From: an uncultured Acidobacteriota bacterium | GTDB taxonomy: Bacteria > Acidobacteriota > Vicinamibacteria > Fen-336 | DNA: 64,000 nucleotides | NCBI GenBank assembly: GCA_963697835.1 | Contig: CAVOPG010000007.1 | Span: 418,672-482,671, forward strand | Reading direction: 5' to 3' | In this document: positions 21,413 to 32,954 of the stretch, piece by piece | Layout of the letters: the number at the start of each line of letters is the position of its first letter | Numbering within the stretch: the first letter of the stretch is position 1 | The notes under the pieces: model-generated | The model's database searches: none | Seen by the model: only the letters and a program-made list of their open reading frames with translations | What the model was told of the DNA's origin: nothing | Program-made: the position numbers and the translations under genes

Positions 21413-22973
21413 GAGCCGGGTCCGGCTTCATGTTCAGGATGACGCGGCGGTACCCAGTGTGCGTCGACGAAGTAGAAGTCGCCGGCGGGAGAACGGCGCC
21501 TCCCGAGATGTCGTGAAAGCCGCCGGCCAGCCGCTCGACCGCGGCCCCCGGCTCCAGCACGCGCGACGGCGGAGCGGCGGCTGGCGGCGGCGCGGCGCCC
21601 GAGACGTCGAGCCAGGCGAGCTCCCGCTGGCGCAGCTCGACCCCAGGGCCGCCGTCGAACACGGTCGCGTCGAACGCCACCGTGCTGTTGCTGTAGGAGT
21701 GGACGTTCCGGAAGTGGAGTCCCGGATCTCGAGCGGCAGGGCGAAGCCGCAATCGCCGCGCTCCTCCTCCGTCTGCAGTGCGTGGAGCTCCCAGTTCGAC
21801 ACGCCGTGGCGCCTCCAGGTACGTCCGCGGCCGGCCTCCGTGCCGGCGGAGGACCTCGGCCACGGCCGCGAAGGCCGGCTTCTCGCGGCCGTCGCGGTCC
21901 CACAGCAGCGGGTAGTTGACGCGGCCGGGGATGGGGAAGTCGTGCAGCCAGGAGGTCGCGTCGGTGACGCCCCAGAACGTGACGCGGGCGACGCCGTGCT
22001 TGAGGACGAGCGCGAACACGTCGGCGTACCGCTTCGCGAGCTTCTGCTGCATCGCGGCCGGCAGGCCGTCGGGATAGATGTTCGTCTTCGCCTTGATCGC
22101 CGCCTTCTTCGAGAGGTCGGCTCCCCACATGTCGGGGTCGCGGGGCAGGACGTCCATGTCGAGCTCGGTGATGAGCACCGCGAGGCCCGGCCGCGCGCAT
22201 CGCGGCGAGCATCGCGTCGATCGCGGCGATCGGCGGGTCGTCGACGCCCCAGTGTCCCTGCTCGCCGATGGCGTCGACCCGCAGGCCCTCGGCCTTCAGG
22301 CTCTCGACGAGCCGGATCGCGGCGTCGCGCTTGGCCGGCTTCCAGAGGTTGTAGTCGTTGTAGTACAGCTCGGCCTGCGGGTCGGCCGCGTGCGCGTACT
22401 CGAAGGCCCTGGCGATGTAGTCCTCTCCGATCGCCTCGAGCCAGGACGTCTTGCGCAGCGTCGCCGTCCTCTTCGAGCGCCTCGTTCACGACGTCCCAGC
22501 CGCCGATCCGGCCCTTGTAGCGGCCGACCACGGCCTCGATGTGGGTCTTGCAGACGCGCGAGCGCCGTCGCGCGGTCGAGCGGCTTGCCGCCCTCGCCGG
22601 CCAAGACCCACGCCGGCGTCTGCTGGTGCCAGAGCAGCACGTGGCCGACCACGAACATCCCGCGGCTGGTTCCGAACTCGACGTAGCGGTCGGCGGGCTC
22701 GAAGTCGTAGCGGTCCGGCTCGGGATGGACCAGTCTCCCACTTGAGGAGGTTCTCGGGGCTCACCTGAGTTGAAGTGGCGCGTCACGATCGCCGAGCGCG
22801 ACCTCGTCCTTGCCGTCGCTCTGCCTCTGGTTGAGGGCGGCGCCGATGCGGAGTCCCTTCGGCGCCACGCTCTTGAGCGCGAGCGTCTCGGCGGCGGCGG
22901 ACACGGCCGCGAACGCCGTCGCGGCGCACAGCAGCAGGGCGGGCGACGACAGCAGGGTGCGGCGCCTCTCCAT
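21399..22973 (-). pseudogene. GH10 endo-1,4-beta-xylanase with a signal peptide, carrying at least 3 apparent frameshifts. It overlaps the convergent vWA gene by about 14 nt.
   Basis: Signal peptide MERRRTLLSSPALLLCAATAFAAVSAAAE, then ...GLRIGAALN... GH10 motifs are GHVLLWHQQTPAWV (ORF 22296-22658), WDVVNEALEEDG and the nucleotide-binding/catalytic region (ORF 21434-22786), and MLITELDMDVLP... (ORF 21399-22178). An SD gggagg precedes the ATG at 22973. Confidence 0.75.
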
Positions 22974-22990
22974 GGTTCCCTCCCGCGGTG

Positions 22991-25261
22991 TCACTCCATC
23001 CACAGCGCGCTGGTGATGATGCGCGGGTAGTATCGGCTCGCCTTGCCTTCGCCCGAGACGATCTGGTCGGAGCAGGCCCAGTAGGCGCTGCCCTCGACCT
23101 GCCACTTCACGTGCGCCGCGTCGGCCTTGCGGAAGACCTCGACGACGCCCGGATCCTGGTCCAGATGGAAGACGCGCCGCGTCACGTGCATGAAGATGGA
23201 GATCTTGCTCATCCACGAGTTGTTGCTGGTCGACGACAGCTTGATGCCGCCGTCCGCGAACACGTTGCGCCGCTGCGGATCGAGCAGCAGCCTGCGGGTG
23301 TGCTCCTTGAGCACCTCGTACATCTTCTTCTCGGCCGGCGTGCCGAACACCTGATCGAGCGTCTGCCGCTCGATAGCCCGTCTTCACGAAGTAGAGCGGA
23401 TAGGCGCAGCCCTCCACGGCCGGCAGGATGCGCGAGTTGTAGCCGGGGTTCGACTTCTCGAAGATGGCGGGAAGCACCCCGTCCACCGCCTGCCCGGCGA
23501 CGACACCCGCGACCTTCTCGGCGAGCTTCCGGCACTTCTCCTGCGTCGCCTTGTCGCCGAGATCGCGGAACATCAGCGCCAGTGCGTGATAGGTCGCCCA
23601 GCTCTTGACGGCCATGTAGACGTTGTTGCGCGTCTGCGCCAGCGAGTGGTCGAGCGAGTCGTAGGTCGTGATCTCCTGCCCGCCCGCCGTCCTGGTCGAG
23701 TCGTACTGCGCGAAGCCGACCTCGCCCCCGCGGTTGATCATGCTCGTCAGGCAGTCCTGGACGACCTTCTTGTTCTTCTTCAGCCACTCCGTGTCGCGCG
23801 TCTTCGCCAGGTAGCACGCGGCGGTGAGCGTCCAGTTGCAGAGCTGCTCCACGGTCATGTAGCTGAACGTGGAGGTCAGGTTGGCGAGCTCGTAGCTCGA
23901 ACGCCCCTGGGGCGCGAAGTTGTTGTGCGCGCCCATGTCGTGGCAGAAGCTGACGGCCTCCCGGCTTCTTGTCGTAGGGCCGCGCGAGCTGCGCCGCGTC
24001 GGGCGGAGGCGGAGGCTGGGAGGGATCGTGGTCCATGGCGTGCGACGACAGCTCCGCCTCGGCCTCGTAGATCTTGATCTCGTCCGTGTAGCTGTAGAGC
24101 CGCACGAAGTTGTCGAGCAGGTTCTTCACCAGCCACGGGTTGCGGTCGAGCTCCCAGAACACGTGGTCGACCGCGAGGTCGAGCGTGTTCATCATGCAGT
24201 ACTCGCCCTCGTTCACCACCCAGAAGGGCTGCCTGTCGATCTCGAGAAGCTGTGTCGAGCCGTAGTAGCTGTGCGTGGCGTGCGCGATCATGAAGCGCTG
24301 GTCGTCGGACAGCGGTGCGGCGTCGAGCTTCGCGTCGAGCGCTTCCGCGGCGGCCATCAGCGCGTCGGCCCTGTCGAGCGTCGAGCGCAGGACGTCGGTC
24401 AGGTCCTCGTAGTAGCGGGTGTAGAGGTAGCGCCCGTCGAGCCCCGTGGTCACCGGGGACTCGAGATAGGAGCCGATGGCCAGCACCATGCCGTAGCGCT
24501 TGCCCGGCGGCACCTCGAAGCCGACTCCCGGGCATGATCCCAGCAGGTGCACCGGGTTGTGGCGCTCCCGGATGCCGTCGGTCGCCGACCAGCGCATGAA
24601 GCCGAACGGCGGCGGCCCCGCGGCCTTCTTCTTCGGACGTGAGGTCGAACACCTCGGCCGCGACGCCCGCCTCGCGGCGGAAGGCGAAGCCGACGCGGTT
24701 CTTCCGTCCCAGGTCGTCGGTGATCATCCGCGGGCCGGGCCGCGAGTGGTTGAGCGCGAAGATGCCGGTCTTGGGCTTCGTCCCCTTCGTGTTGTCGACG
24801 ACGAGCTGTGCCACGACGGCCGGCCGCAGCGCGTCGCGCATCTTCCGGGTGCTCGCCTTCTTCGGATCGGGGATCGAGGCGAAGGGCGTGTAGACCGTGA
24901 AGGTCATGTCCCCGGCGTGCCAGGTGTCGGTGCACCAGCCGTAGCGCCGCTCGATCTCCTCGAGCTTGAACGGCACCGCGTCGGGCCTCACGTTCGCCTC
25001 CGACGGTCCGGCCTGCTCCACCGTGAACGCCTCGGCGGCCTTGCTGACCGCCCCGATGTAGAAGGGCAGGCTCTGGAGCGGCGCGTCGGCGTAGCGGTCG
25101 CCGTCGATCACGCCGATGAAGACCTCCTGGTCGGCCGGCTGCCCGATCTGCAGCCCGATGCCGCCCTTGGTCCCGGGATGGCCGCAGGTGAAGCTCATGA
25201 AGGCGCCCATCGGGGAGTGCTGCGCGTTGAACCCGATCTGGCAGGACAGGCGTTTCGACAT
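22991..25261 (-). pseudogene. GH52 family beta-xylosidase, with at least 3 apparent frameshifts.
   Basis: The N-terminus MSKRLSCQIGFNAQHSPMGAFMSFTCGHPGTKGGIGLQIG... aligns with Geobacillus XynB2 (NAHHSPVGAFASFTLGFPG). The central region ...QRFMIAHATHSYYGSTQLLEIDRQPFWVVNEGEYCMMNTLDLAVDHVFWELDRNPW... and the C-terminus ...KLSSTSNNSWMSKI...YYPRIITSALWME* are both conserved GH52 blocks. Fragments lie in ORFs 23876-25261, 23209-24597, 22761-23936 and 22991-23350. Confidence 0.85.
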
Positions 25262-25301
25262 CGTTACCTCCGTCTTGTTCTTGACTCTCGAGGCGAACGG
25301 A

Positions 25302-26664
25302 CTAGGCGCCCTTCGCGAAGGACTTGCGCCGCTCGGTCAGCTCGTCGGCGATCGACCGGGTCTTCTCGGCCGACAGCGGATAGAGGAACAGGAAGGCGGC
25401 CGCCGCGAGGAAGGCCAGGCCCGCATAGACGCTGCCGGTGAGCACGATGCCCGACTGTGCCGTCGCCGTCTGCGTGGCGGCGTCGGAGACGACTCCGTAG
25501 GCCCCGAGCAGCCAGCCGGCGACGGCGCCGCCGAGCGCCAGGCCCGCCCAGAGCGCGAACACCACGGCCGAGGTGACGGTGCCGCTGGCGCGCCGGCCCG
25601 TCTTCCACTCGCCGAAGTCGGCGACGTCGCCCATCATGGCCCACAGGATCGGGCCGGACAGACCGAACGAGAACTGGCGCAGCGACTCCGTGGCGATGAT
25701 CGCGATCGGTCGCCGTCGGCGGCAGGACGTAGAGCGCCATCGTGAAGACGCCCGTGAGGATCATGCTGGCCTTGAAGAGGCTCAGCTTGCCCATGCGGAT
25801 CGAGACGGGCGTCGAGCACGCGACGCCGAGGAGCAGCGAGCCGAGGCCGAACCCGTTGAACCAGGAGATAGACGTTCACCTGGCCCGAGACGAACCGGAA
25901 GTACGGCAGCATGACGTTGCCGCGGATGACGATCGCGGTGAAGTAGAACAGCGTCACCATGAACAGCATCGACGAAGGCCCTGTTGCCGAACAGGTCCGA
26001 CATGTCCTGGGCGAGCGAGGTCTTCTGCTGCGGGTCGGGCTGGATGCGCTCCTTCGTGACGAAGAAGGTGATGACGAAGAAGATCACGCTGACGACCGAG
26101 AGCAGGCCCATCGTGAGCTGATAGCCGCGCGCGTCGTTGCCCTGGCCGAGGATGCCGACGAGCGGGATGACGAAGCTGGCGATGATGAGGCCCGCCAGTG
26201 TTCGCCGCGATCTGGCGGTACGAGGAGATGCTGGTCCGCTCGTCCGGGTCCTCGGTCATGACGGCGGTCAGCGAGGCATAGGGCACGTTGTTGATGATGT
26301 AGACCACCCGCAGCGCGGTGTAGGTCACCCAGGCGTAGATCACCTTGGCGCCGAGGCTGAGGTCGGGCGTCGTGAAGGTGAGGACGCCGATGATGCCGAA
26401 GGGCAGCGCGCTCCACAGGATCCACGGCCGGAACTTGCCCCACCTGCTGGTGGTCCGGTCGGCGATCACGCCCATCACCGGGTTGAGCACGGCGACGCCC
26501 AGGCCGACGACGCCCAGCATGGTCCCCGCCTGCGCCGGGGTGAGGCCGAAGGTGTGGGTGTAGAAGTCCAGCTGCAGGGCGATCATGAACTGGAACACGA
26601 AGTTGGCGGCCATGTCGCCGAGCGCGTAGCCGACCTTCTCTCTGACCGGGAGTTTCTGGGCCAT
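25302..26664 (-). pseudogene. Glycoside-pentoside-hexuronide (GPH) family cation symporter (MelB/XynP/YicJ-like xyloside transporter), with at least 4 apparent frameshifts.
   Basis: N-terminus [41 protein letters not shown]... with the GPH signature ...[23 protein letters not shown] (ORF 25954-26664). It continues in ORFs 25782-26111 and 25634-25969. The C-terminus MMGDVADFGEWKTGRRASGTVTSAVVFALWAGLALGGAVAGWLLGAYG... is in ORF 25302-25637. Confidence 0.75.
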
Positions 26665-26780
26665 CGTTTCCTCCTCTCCGTCGTGCCGGCTTGTCGCCGG
26701 GCTACCTGATCACGTCGCGCCGTGAGCCGCCGATCACTCGGGCGCCGGTCCACGGAAACGGCCCACGCGACAGACTCGTG

Positions 26781-28722
26781 TCACTGGCGGTCCAACTGGA
26801 TCATCGGTTCTCGACGCGCACGTTCGGCTTGCGCCCGGCCGCCGGGGCGGCTCCGGGCGTGAGCGGGTACGCCCCCGGCGTCTGCGGCTCTCCGGGCCGC
26901 CAGCCGAGCAGCTGCGCCGACCTCGGCCGGCGAGCGTCGGGCAGCGGCGCGAGTCCCGGCAGCGGCCGGGCCAGCTCGTAGCGGCGCAGCTCGGGGCTCC
27001 GGAAGATCGCGCCCGACGTAGCCGCTCAGGAAGCGGCCGCGCGCCTCGAAGCCCGGCTGCAGCCTCCGCAGGTCCTCGAGCGAGCCGAGCTCGACCTGGC
27101 AGCTCTCGCCGGCCACCGGGCTCCACACGAGGAGGGGCCCGCCGCTTCCGGCGCGCACGTAGACGTTGCCGTCGACCTCCGTCGCCTGCGGCCGGGTGAG
27201 CTGCGCGCAGAGAGCCTTCGGCTGCTCGAACCGCAGGAGCGGCTTGCGGAACGACTCGCTCGCCACCAGCAGGTTGCCCACGAAGACGTGCCCCTCGCGC
27301 TGCGTCGACGTCGGGGCCGGTGCGGCGGGTGCCAGCCGAAGTGGTCGCCGACCGCGCTCCTCTCGTTGCGCTCGAAGGAGGCGACGGTGTCGACGAACGT
27401 GTTGTGGTAGACGCGCACGTTCGAGCTGTTGAGGACGCGGACGCCCTTGTCGCAGCCGACGAACACGTTGCCGGCGCACGATCGCGCCCTTCGAGATCTC
27501 GAAGAAGAAGCCGTCGAGCGCCCCCTCGACCCAGTTGTCCACGAAGACGCCGTCGCGGTTGCCGACGTCGTACCAGATGCCGTTCGAGTAGGGGTTGTCG
27601 ATCACCAGGTTGTCGCGGCAGGTGACGCGGTGGGACTGGTTGAAGATCTTCACCGCGGCCGGGTAGTAGCCGGTGAGCTGCTCGACGTTGTTGCGGCGGA
27701 AGATGTTCCGCTCGAGCAGCACGTCGGAGGAGCCGATGACGTAGAAGCCCTCGGTCGCTGGTGTCGCTGATCAGCGAGTTGCGCAGCACGAGCCCGTCCC
27801 CGCGGAAGTAGCCGGCCACGCGGGAGCAGAAGGAGATGGTCACGTTCTCGAGCGTCGTGCCCACGACCTCCCGGCCGTACGTCCCCGGCTCGGCCGGGCC
27901 CACGGGGTCGTCGGTCGGCTCCTCGGACACGAGGGTCGCCGGCTTCTTCCCCTCGACGTCGATCGCGCGGTAGGCGTACTGCGTGAACGTGAGCCCGCGG
28001 ATGGTCGGCCCCTTCTTGTCGGACGTCCTTGCCGTGGCAGGGGCCGCTCGTGCGGACGAGGGCGCTGTCGAAGGCGGTGATCTCGACCAGCCGGTTCGTG
28101 GGATCCGTGCCGATGTAGACCTGGCCGGCGTCGTAGTCGACGTAGAACGAGTGCTCGTCGAGCTCGCCCTCCCAGCCCGCCGACTTGCAGCAGCTCGCCG
28201 TCCACGAAGACCATGTCGTTGTTGAAGCGGTGGAGCGGCGTGCGCATGCCCTCGCGGGCGCGCTGCCACCAGCCGAGCGGCCGGGCCGGGAAGAGCGTCT
28301 TCCACGAGGTCCGCCACACCTTGCCGCGCAGGGCCTGCCACTCGGTCGCGACGCGGGTCCCCTTGAGGACCGGCCGCTCGTCGGCGTACGGCTGCAGCGT
28401 GATGCCCTGGTTGAGCCGCAGGCCGCCCGTGCGGTAGGTGCCGCCGCGCATCACGATCGCGTCGCCGCTCACGACCCGCTCGATCGCCGCCTCGAGGGTG
28501 GTGGGCTCGGCGAGCGTCGTGCCGGAGGCATCGGCCCTTCCGTCGGGAGCGACGTAGTAGACGTGCGCGGCCTCCGCCGGAAGCGGATAGGTCTGCGGGA
28601 TCGGGCCGTAGGGCCCGCCCGAGGGCTGGGCTCGCCCCGGCCGCGGGCTGGCCGCGACGAGGAGCAGGAGGAAGCCACACACCGAAAAGAGCCGGATCGC
28701 GGGCGCCGGCTGGGAATCCATG
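26781..28722 (-). pseudogene. Secreted right-handed parallel beta-helix repeat protein (pectate-lyase-fold; possible polysaccharide-active enzyme), with at least 3 apparent frameshifts.
   Basis: Signal peptide MDSQPAPAIRLFSVCGFLLLLVAASPRPGRAQ, then ...VYYVAPDGRADASGTTLAEPTTLEAAIERVVSGDAIVMRGGTYRTGGLRL... (ORF 27840-29222), which is the typical N-terminal motif of beta-helix proteins. A middle section is in ORF 26734-28788 (...IRGLTFTQYAYRAIDVEGKKPATL...NVTISFCSRVAGYFRGDGLVLRNSLISDTSDRGLL). Repeats and the C-terminus are in ORF 26781-27722 (...NNVEQLTGYYPAAVKIFNQSHRVTCRDNLVIDNPYSNGIWYDVGNRDGVFVDNWVEGALDGFFFEISKGAIV...). The exact 3' end is uncertain. Confidence 0.5.
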
Positions 28723-28851
28723 TCGGGTCCTTTCGAGGGTTCGAGGTCGTTCCCGTCGCGCCGAACGGTACCACGAGAGCCTCCCCATCTGGCCTCAGTT
28801 GGGACATACTGCGCGCCGGTTGGCGGTCGTCTCACCCTTGGAGGTCTCGCC

Positions 28852-31256
28852 ATGGCCCATCCGTACCAGGAGCCCGGCCGATCCGTCGAGGAGCGCGCGA
28901 GCGATCTCCTCGCCCGCATGACGCTCGAGGAGAAGACCGCGCAGATGCACGCGCTGTGGCTGATCCTCTCCGAGGACGGCCAGCACCGCCCGCGCCAGGA
29001 CGACTTCACCGGAGGAACGGACCCGGCGGCCGTGAAGAAGGCCCTGGGCCACGGCCTGGGGCAGATCTCGCGCCCGCTCGGCAGCCACGGGGTCGACCCG
29101 CGCACCGGCGTCCGCGCCCTCAACCGGCTGCAGAAGTTCCTGCGCGAGGAGACCCGGCTCGGGATCCCCGCGCTGTCGCACGAGGAGTGCCTGGTGGGCC
29201 TGATGGCCCGCGGCGCGACCATGTTCCCCTCGGCTCTCGCCTACGGCGCGACCTGGAACCCGGACCTCATCGAGCGCGCGGCGCAGGCCATCGGGCGCGA
29301 GGCCCGCAGCGTCGGCTGCCACCAGGGGCTGGCGCCGGTCCTCGACGTCTCCCGCGACGTGCGCTGGGGCCGCACCGAGGAGACGCTGGGCGAGGACCCC
29401 TACCTGGTGGGCGTCCTGGGCACGCGCTTCGTCCGCGGCCTGCAGGGCGAGAAGCGCGACCTCCTCGCGACGCTCAAGCACTACGCGGGCCACTCCTGGA
29501 GCGAGGGGGCGCGCAACCACGGGCCGGTGCACCTGGGCTGGCGCGAGCTCAACGACGTCTTCCTGCTCCCGTTCGAGATGGCGGTGAAGCAGGCGCACGC
29601 CGGGTCCGTCATGCCGGCCTACCACGACATCGACAACGAGTCCTGCCACGCCTCGCGCCACCTCCTCACCGAGGTGCTCCGCGAGGAGTGGGGCTTCGAC
29701 GGGCTGATCGTGGCCGACTACATCGGCATCAGCCTCCTGTACCAGCACCACAACCTCGCCCGGGATCGCGCCGAGGCGGCGGCGATGGCCTTCAATGCCG
29801 GGCTCGACATCGAGCTGCCGGCGGACGACTGCGCCTCGCACCTGGGCGAGGCGGTCCGGCGCGGCCTCATCTCGATGGAGACGATCGACGCGATCGTGAG
29901 GCGGATCCTCACCGAGAAGCTCCGCCTCGGCCTGTTCGAGAGGCCGTACGCCGACGAGGGGGCCATCGAGCTGCAGGCGCCGGCCACCGTCGCGCTGGCC
30001 CGCGAGGTGGCGCGCCAGGCGGTGGTGGTGCTCGAGAACGACGGCGTCCTGCCCCTCGATCCCGGGCGGGGCCAGCGCATCGCCGTGATCGGTCCGACCG
30101 CCGACGACCCGCTGGCGCTCCTGTGCGGCTACAGCTTCCCGGTGCACCTCATCCTGAACGACGCGGGCGAGGCCGCCGCCCAGGTCGTGACCCCGAGGGC
30201 CGCGTTCGAGAGCGTCTTCGGCGCCGAGCGGGTCGCCTACGCCCAGGGCTGCTTCATCATCGAGGAGCGCAAGTACGGCTCCCCGGTGTTCCCGGGCGAC
30301 GTCGAGAAGAGCACGACGCTCGACCAGGCGTCGCCGGTCTCGCGCCGGACCGATCTCATCCCCGCGGCGGTGGCGTGCGCGCAGGCGGCGGACGTCGCCG
30401 TGGTGTGCGTCGGGGACCTGGCGGGCCTCTTCCAGACCGGCACCGTGGGCGAGGGCTCCGACGCCGATTCGCTCGACCTGCCGGGCGTCCAGCAGCAGCT
30501 CCTCGAGGCGGTGGTCGCGACCGGAAAGCCGGTGGTGGTCGTGCTCACGAGCGGCCGCCCGTACAACCTGGGCGGGCTGGAGGACGAAGGTCGCCGCGTT
30601 CGTGATGGCCTTCGCGGGCGGCCAGGAGGGAGGCCCCGCGCTCGTCGACGTGCTGACCGGCAAGGTCGAGCCCTCGGGCCGGCTCTCCGTCTCCGTGCCG
30701 AAGAACGTCGGCGCCGTTCCGTACTACTACAACCACAAGATGAAGAGCGCCGGCACGCCGATCGCGCTGCACTTCGGCAGCCGCTACCCGTTCGGCCACG
30801 GCCATCGGCTACACGCAGTTCGAGTTCGCCGACCTGGCGCTGGACGCGCCGGAGGTGGACGCCGGCACCGGCGAGATCCGCCTCCGCTTCACCGTGCGCA
30901 ACACCGGATCGCGCGCGGGTGTGGCGGTGCCGCAGCTCTACGTGCGGGACCTCCTCGCCTCGGTGGTGCGGCCGGTCAAGGAGCTCAAGGCCTTCGGCCG
31001 GGTCGAGCTGCGGGCGGGCGAGTCGGCGCGGGTCGCCTTCGAGGTGCCGACCGACATGCTCTGCTTCACCGGCATCGAGGGTCGGCGCATCGTCGAGCCC
31101 GGGGAGTTCGAGCTGCAGGTGGGCGCCTCGAGCGCGGACATCCGCCTGCGCGCCCTCGTCAGGCTGACGGGCGCCGTGCACACGCTCGGCCGGCGAGTGG
31201 CGGATGGAGAGCCGCTGCCGGGTCGAGCGCTGACGAGACCCCCTCCACGCTGGTAG
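28852..31256 (+). CDS. GH3 family beta-glucosidase/beta-xylosidase (BglX-like) with a C-terminal Fn3-like domain; 2 apparent frameshifts (near 30590 and 30810).
   Basis: MAHPYQEPGRSVEERASDLLARMTLEEKTAQM..., then ...GIPALSHEECLVGLMARGATMFPSALAYGATWNPDL...KHYAGHSWSEGARNHGPVHLGWRELNDVFLLPFEMAV... (ORF 28720-31167). The sequence continues through ...SGRPYNLGGLED / FAGGQEGGPALVDVLTGKVEPSGRLSVSVPKNVGAVPYYYNHK (ORF 30602-31303). The C-terminal Fn3-like region ...TGEIRLRFTVRNTGSRAGVAVPQLYVRD...FELQVGASSADIRLRA is in ORF 30855-31256. Confidence 0.8.
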
Positions 31257-31305
31257 ACCTCGGGTTCTGGGGGAGCCCGCCTCGAAGCCGGGTAGACTGC
31301 TGAGG

Positions 31306-32880
31306 ATGACCGAAGACCGAGGATCGCCCGCGCGCGCCCTGGGGTGCCGTGTGCCCGGGCCGGACGACCTGCACCGCCTGCGCGAGCTCCTGGAGGCGGT
31401 GGCCAGCGACCGCTCGCTGCTCGCCCAGCTGCCCGAAGAGGAGCGACGGCGGCTCCTCGTGGCCGCCGGGCGGGCGGTCCACCCCGAGACGGACCAGAAG
31501 CGCCGTCTCGTGAAGGCGTTCCGCAAGGCGAAGCGCCGCCGGGTCGAGGCGCACGACCGGTCGCTTCTCGCCGAGACGGGCATCCGGGCCGCGCGCGAGT
31601 CGGAGGTGTTCGTCCCGGCGCCGCCGCGGCTCGACCCCGGGGCTCCCGAGCGCCCGCGCGAGGTCCTGAACCCGAAGTCGTGCTACGTCTGCAAGGCCCG
31701 GTATCGGCGCCTCCACCCCTTCTACGACGCTCTGTGCCCCGCCTGCGCGGAGCTCAACTACGAGAAGCGCGTTCAGACGGCCGACCTCCGGGGACGCGTG
31801 GCGCTCGTCACGGGAGCGCGGGTCAAGATCGGCTACCAGGCGGCGCTGAAGCTCCTGCGCGCCGGAGCGACGGTCGTCGCCACGACCCGCTTCCCGCACG
31901 ACGCCGCCCGGCGCTACGCGAGCGAGCCGGACTGCGCTCAGTGGAGCCCGCGGCTGCAGGTCCACGGGCTGGACCTGCGCCACTCGCCGAGTGTCGAGAT
32001 CTTCTGCAGCGAGGTCTGCCGTCGGCTCGAGCGCCTCGACCTGCTCGTCAACAACGCATGCCAGACCGTACGCCGCCCCCCGGGCTTCTACGAGCACATG
32101 CTCGACTTCGAGGAACGCCCGGTCGAGGCCCTGCCGCCGGAGGTGCGGCCGCTCGTCCGGTCACACCACGAGTGCGTCCGGCTCCTCGACAGCGTCTGCG
32201 CGCCGGCGGCGGGGGCTTCGGGCGAGAGCCTCGGAGATCTCGTGGCCTGGCGGGGCGGGGGAGCCGGGCTCGGGCTGCGCCATTCGGCGCGTCTGTCGCA
32301 GGTGCGCTTCGGCTTCGACGAGGGCGCGCGGCGCGAGGATCTCTTTCCCGCCGGCGCCAGGGATGCCGACCTCCAGCAGGTCGATCTCCGGGCGCTGAAC
32401 TCCTGGCGCCTCACCCTCGCCGAGGTTCCTGCCCCCGAGATGATCGAGGTCCAGCTCGTGAACGCCGTGGCCCCCTTCATCCTCTGCGCCCGGCTGAAGC
32501 CGCTCATGCTCCGCGCGCCGGGGCGCGACAAGCACGTCGTCAACGTCTCCGCGATGGAGGGCGTCTTCTCCCGCGGGACGAAGACCGACCGTCACCCGCA
32601 CACGAACATGGCGAAGGCGGCCCTCAACATGCTCACCCTCACATCGGCCCGCGATTACGTGCGCGACGGGATCCACATGAACGCCGTGGACACCGGCTGG
32701 ATCACCGACGAGGATCCCTTCGTCCACGCGACCCGCAAGCGCGACGAGCTCGGCTTCCAGCCCCCGCTCGACGTGGTGGACGGCGCGGCCCGGGTCCTCG
32801 ACCCCTTCCTCTCCGGCCTCAACACCGGCCGGCACGCGTACGGCAGGTTCTTCAAGGACTACGCGCCGTCGGCCTGGTGA
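31306..32880 (+). CDS. SDR-family NAD(P)-dependent oxidoreductase with a roughly 150-aa N-terminal extension, 524 aa, intact.
   Basis: The Rossmann region is ...GRVALVTGARVKIGYQAALKLLRAGATVVATTR..., with a ...LLVNNACQ... NNAG-like motif and a ...NVSAMEGVF...HTNMAKAALNML active-site-like region. The ORF is clean. Confidence 0.65.
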   Translation: MTEDRGSPARALGCRVPGPDDLHRLRELLEAVASDRSLLAQLPEEERRRLLVAAGRAVHPETDQKRRLVKAFRKAKRRRVEAHDRSLLAETGIRAARESEVFVPAPPRLDPGAPERPREVLNPKSCYVCKARYRRLHPFYDALCPACAELNYEKRVQTADLRGRVALVTGARVKIGYQAALKLLRAGATVVATTRFPHDAARRYASEPDCAQWSPRLQVHGLDLRHSPSVEIFCSEVCRRLERLDLLVNNACQTVRRPPGFYEHMLDFEERPVEALPPEVRPLVRSHHECVRLLDSVCAPAAGASGESLGDLVAWRGGGAGLGLRHSARLSQVRFGFDEGARREDLFPAGARDADLQQVDLRALNSWRLTLAEVPAPEMIEVQLVNAVAPFILCARLKPLMLRAPGRDKHVVNVSAMEGVFSRGTKTDRHPHTNMAKAALNMLTLTSARDYVRDGIHMNAVDTGWITDEDPFVHATRKRDELGFQPPLDVVDGAARVLDPFLSGLNTGRHAYGRFFKDYAPSAW

Positions 32881-32954
32881 GAAGCAGCGCGAACGAGCCG
32901 CCGGCCGCCCCCGTCCGGGTTCATAATCAGGTGGCGTCACGAAGGGAGGGTTTC

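Noticed and set aside
28783-28790. CCCCATCT (sigma32 -10-like) about 60 nt upstream of the GH3 gene, and CCCCATCTA at about 37303-37311
   Set aside because: No matching CTTGAA -35 lies at the right spacing. The 37303 copy is on the wrong strand for clpB. C-rich octamers like this occur by chance in 70% GC DNA.
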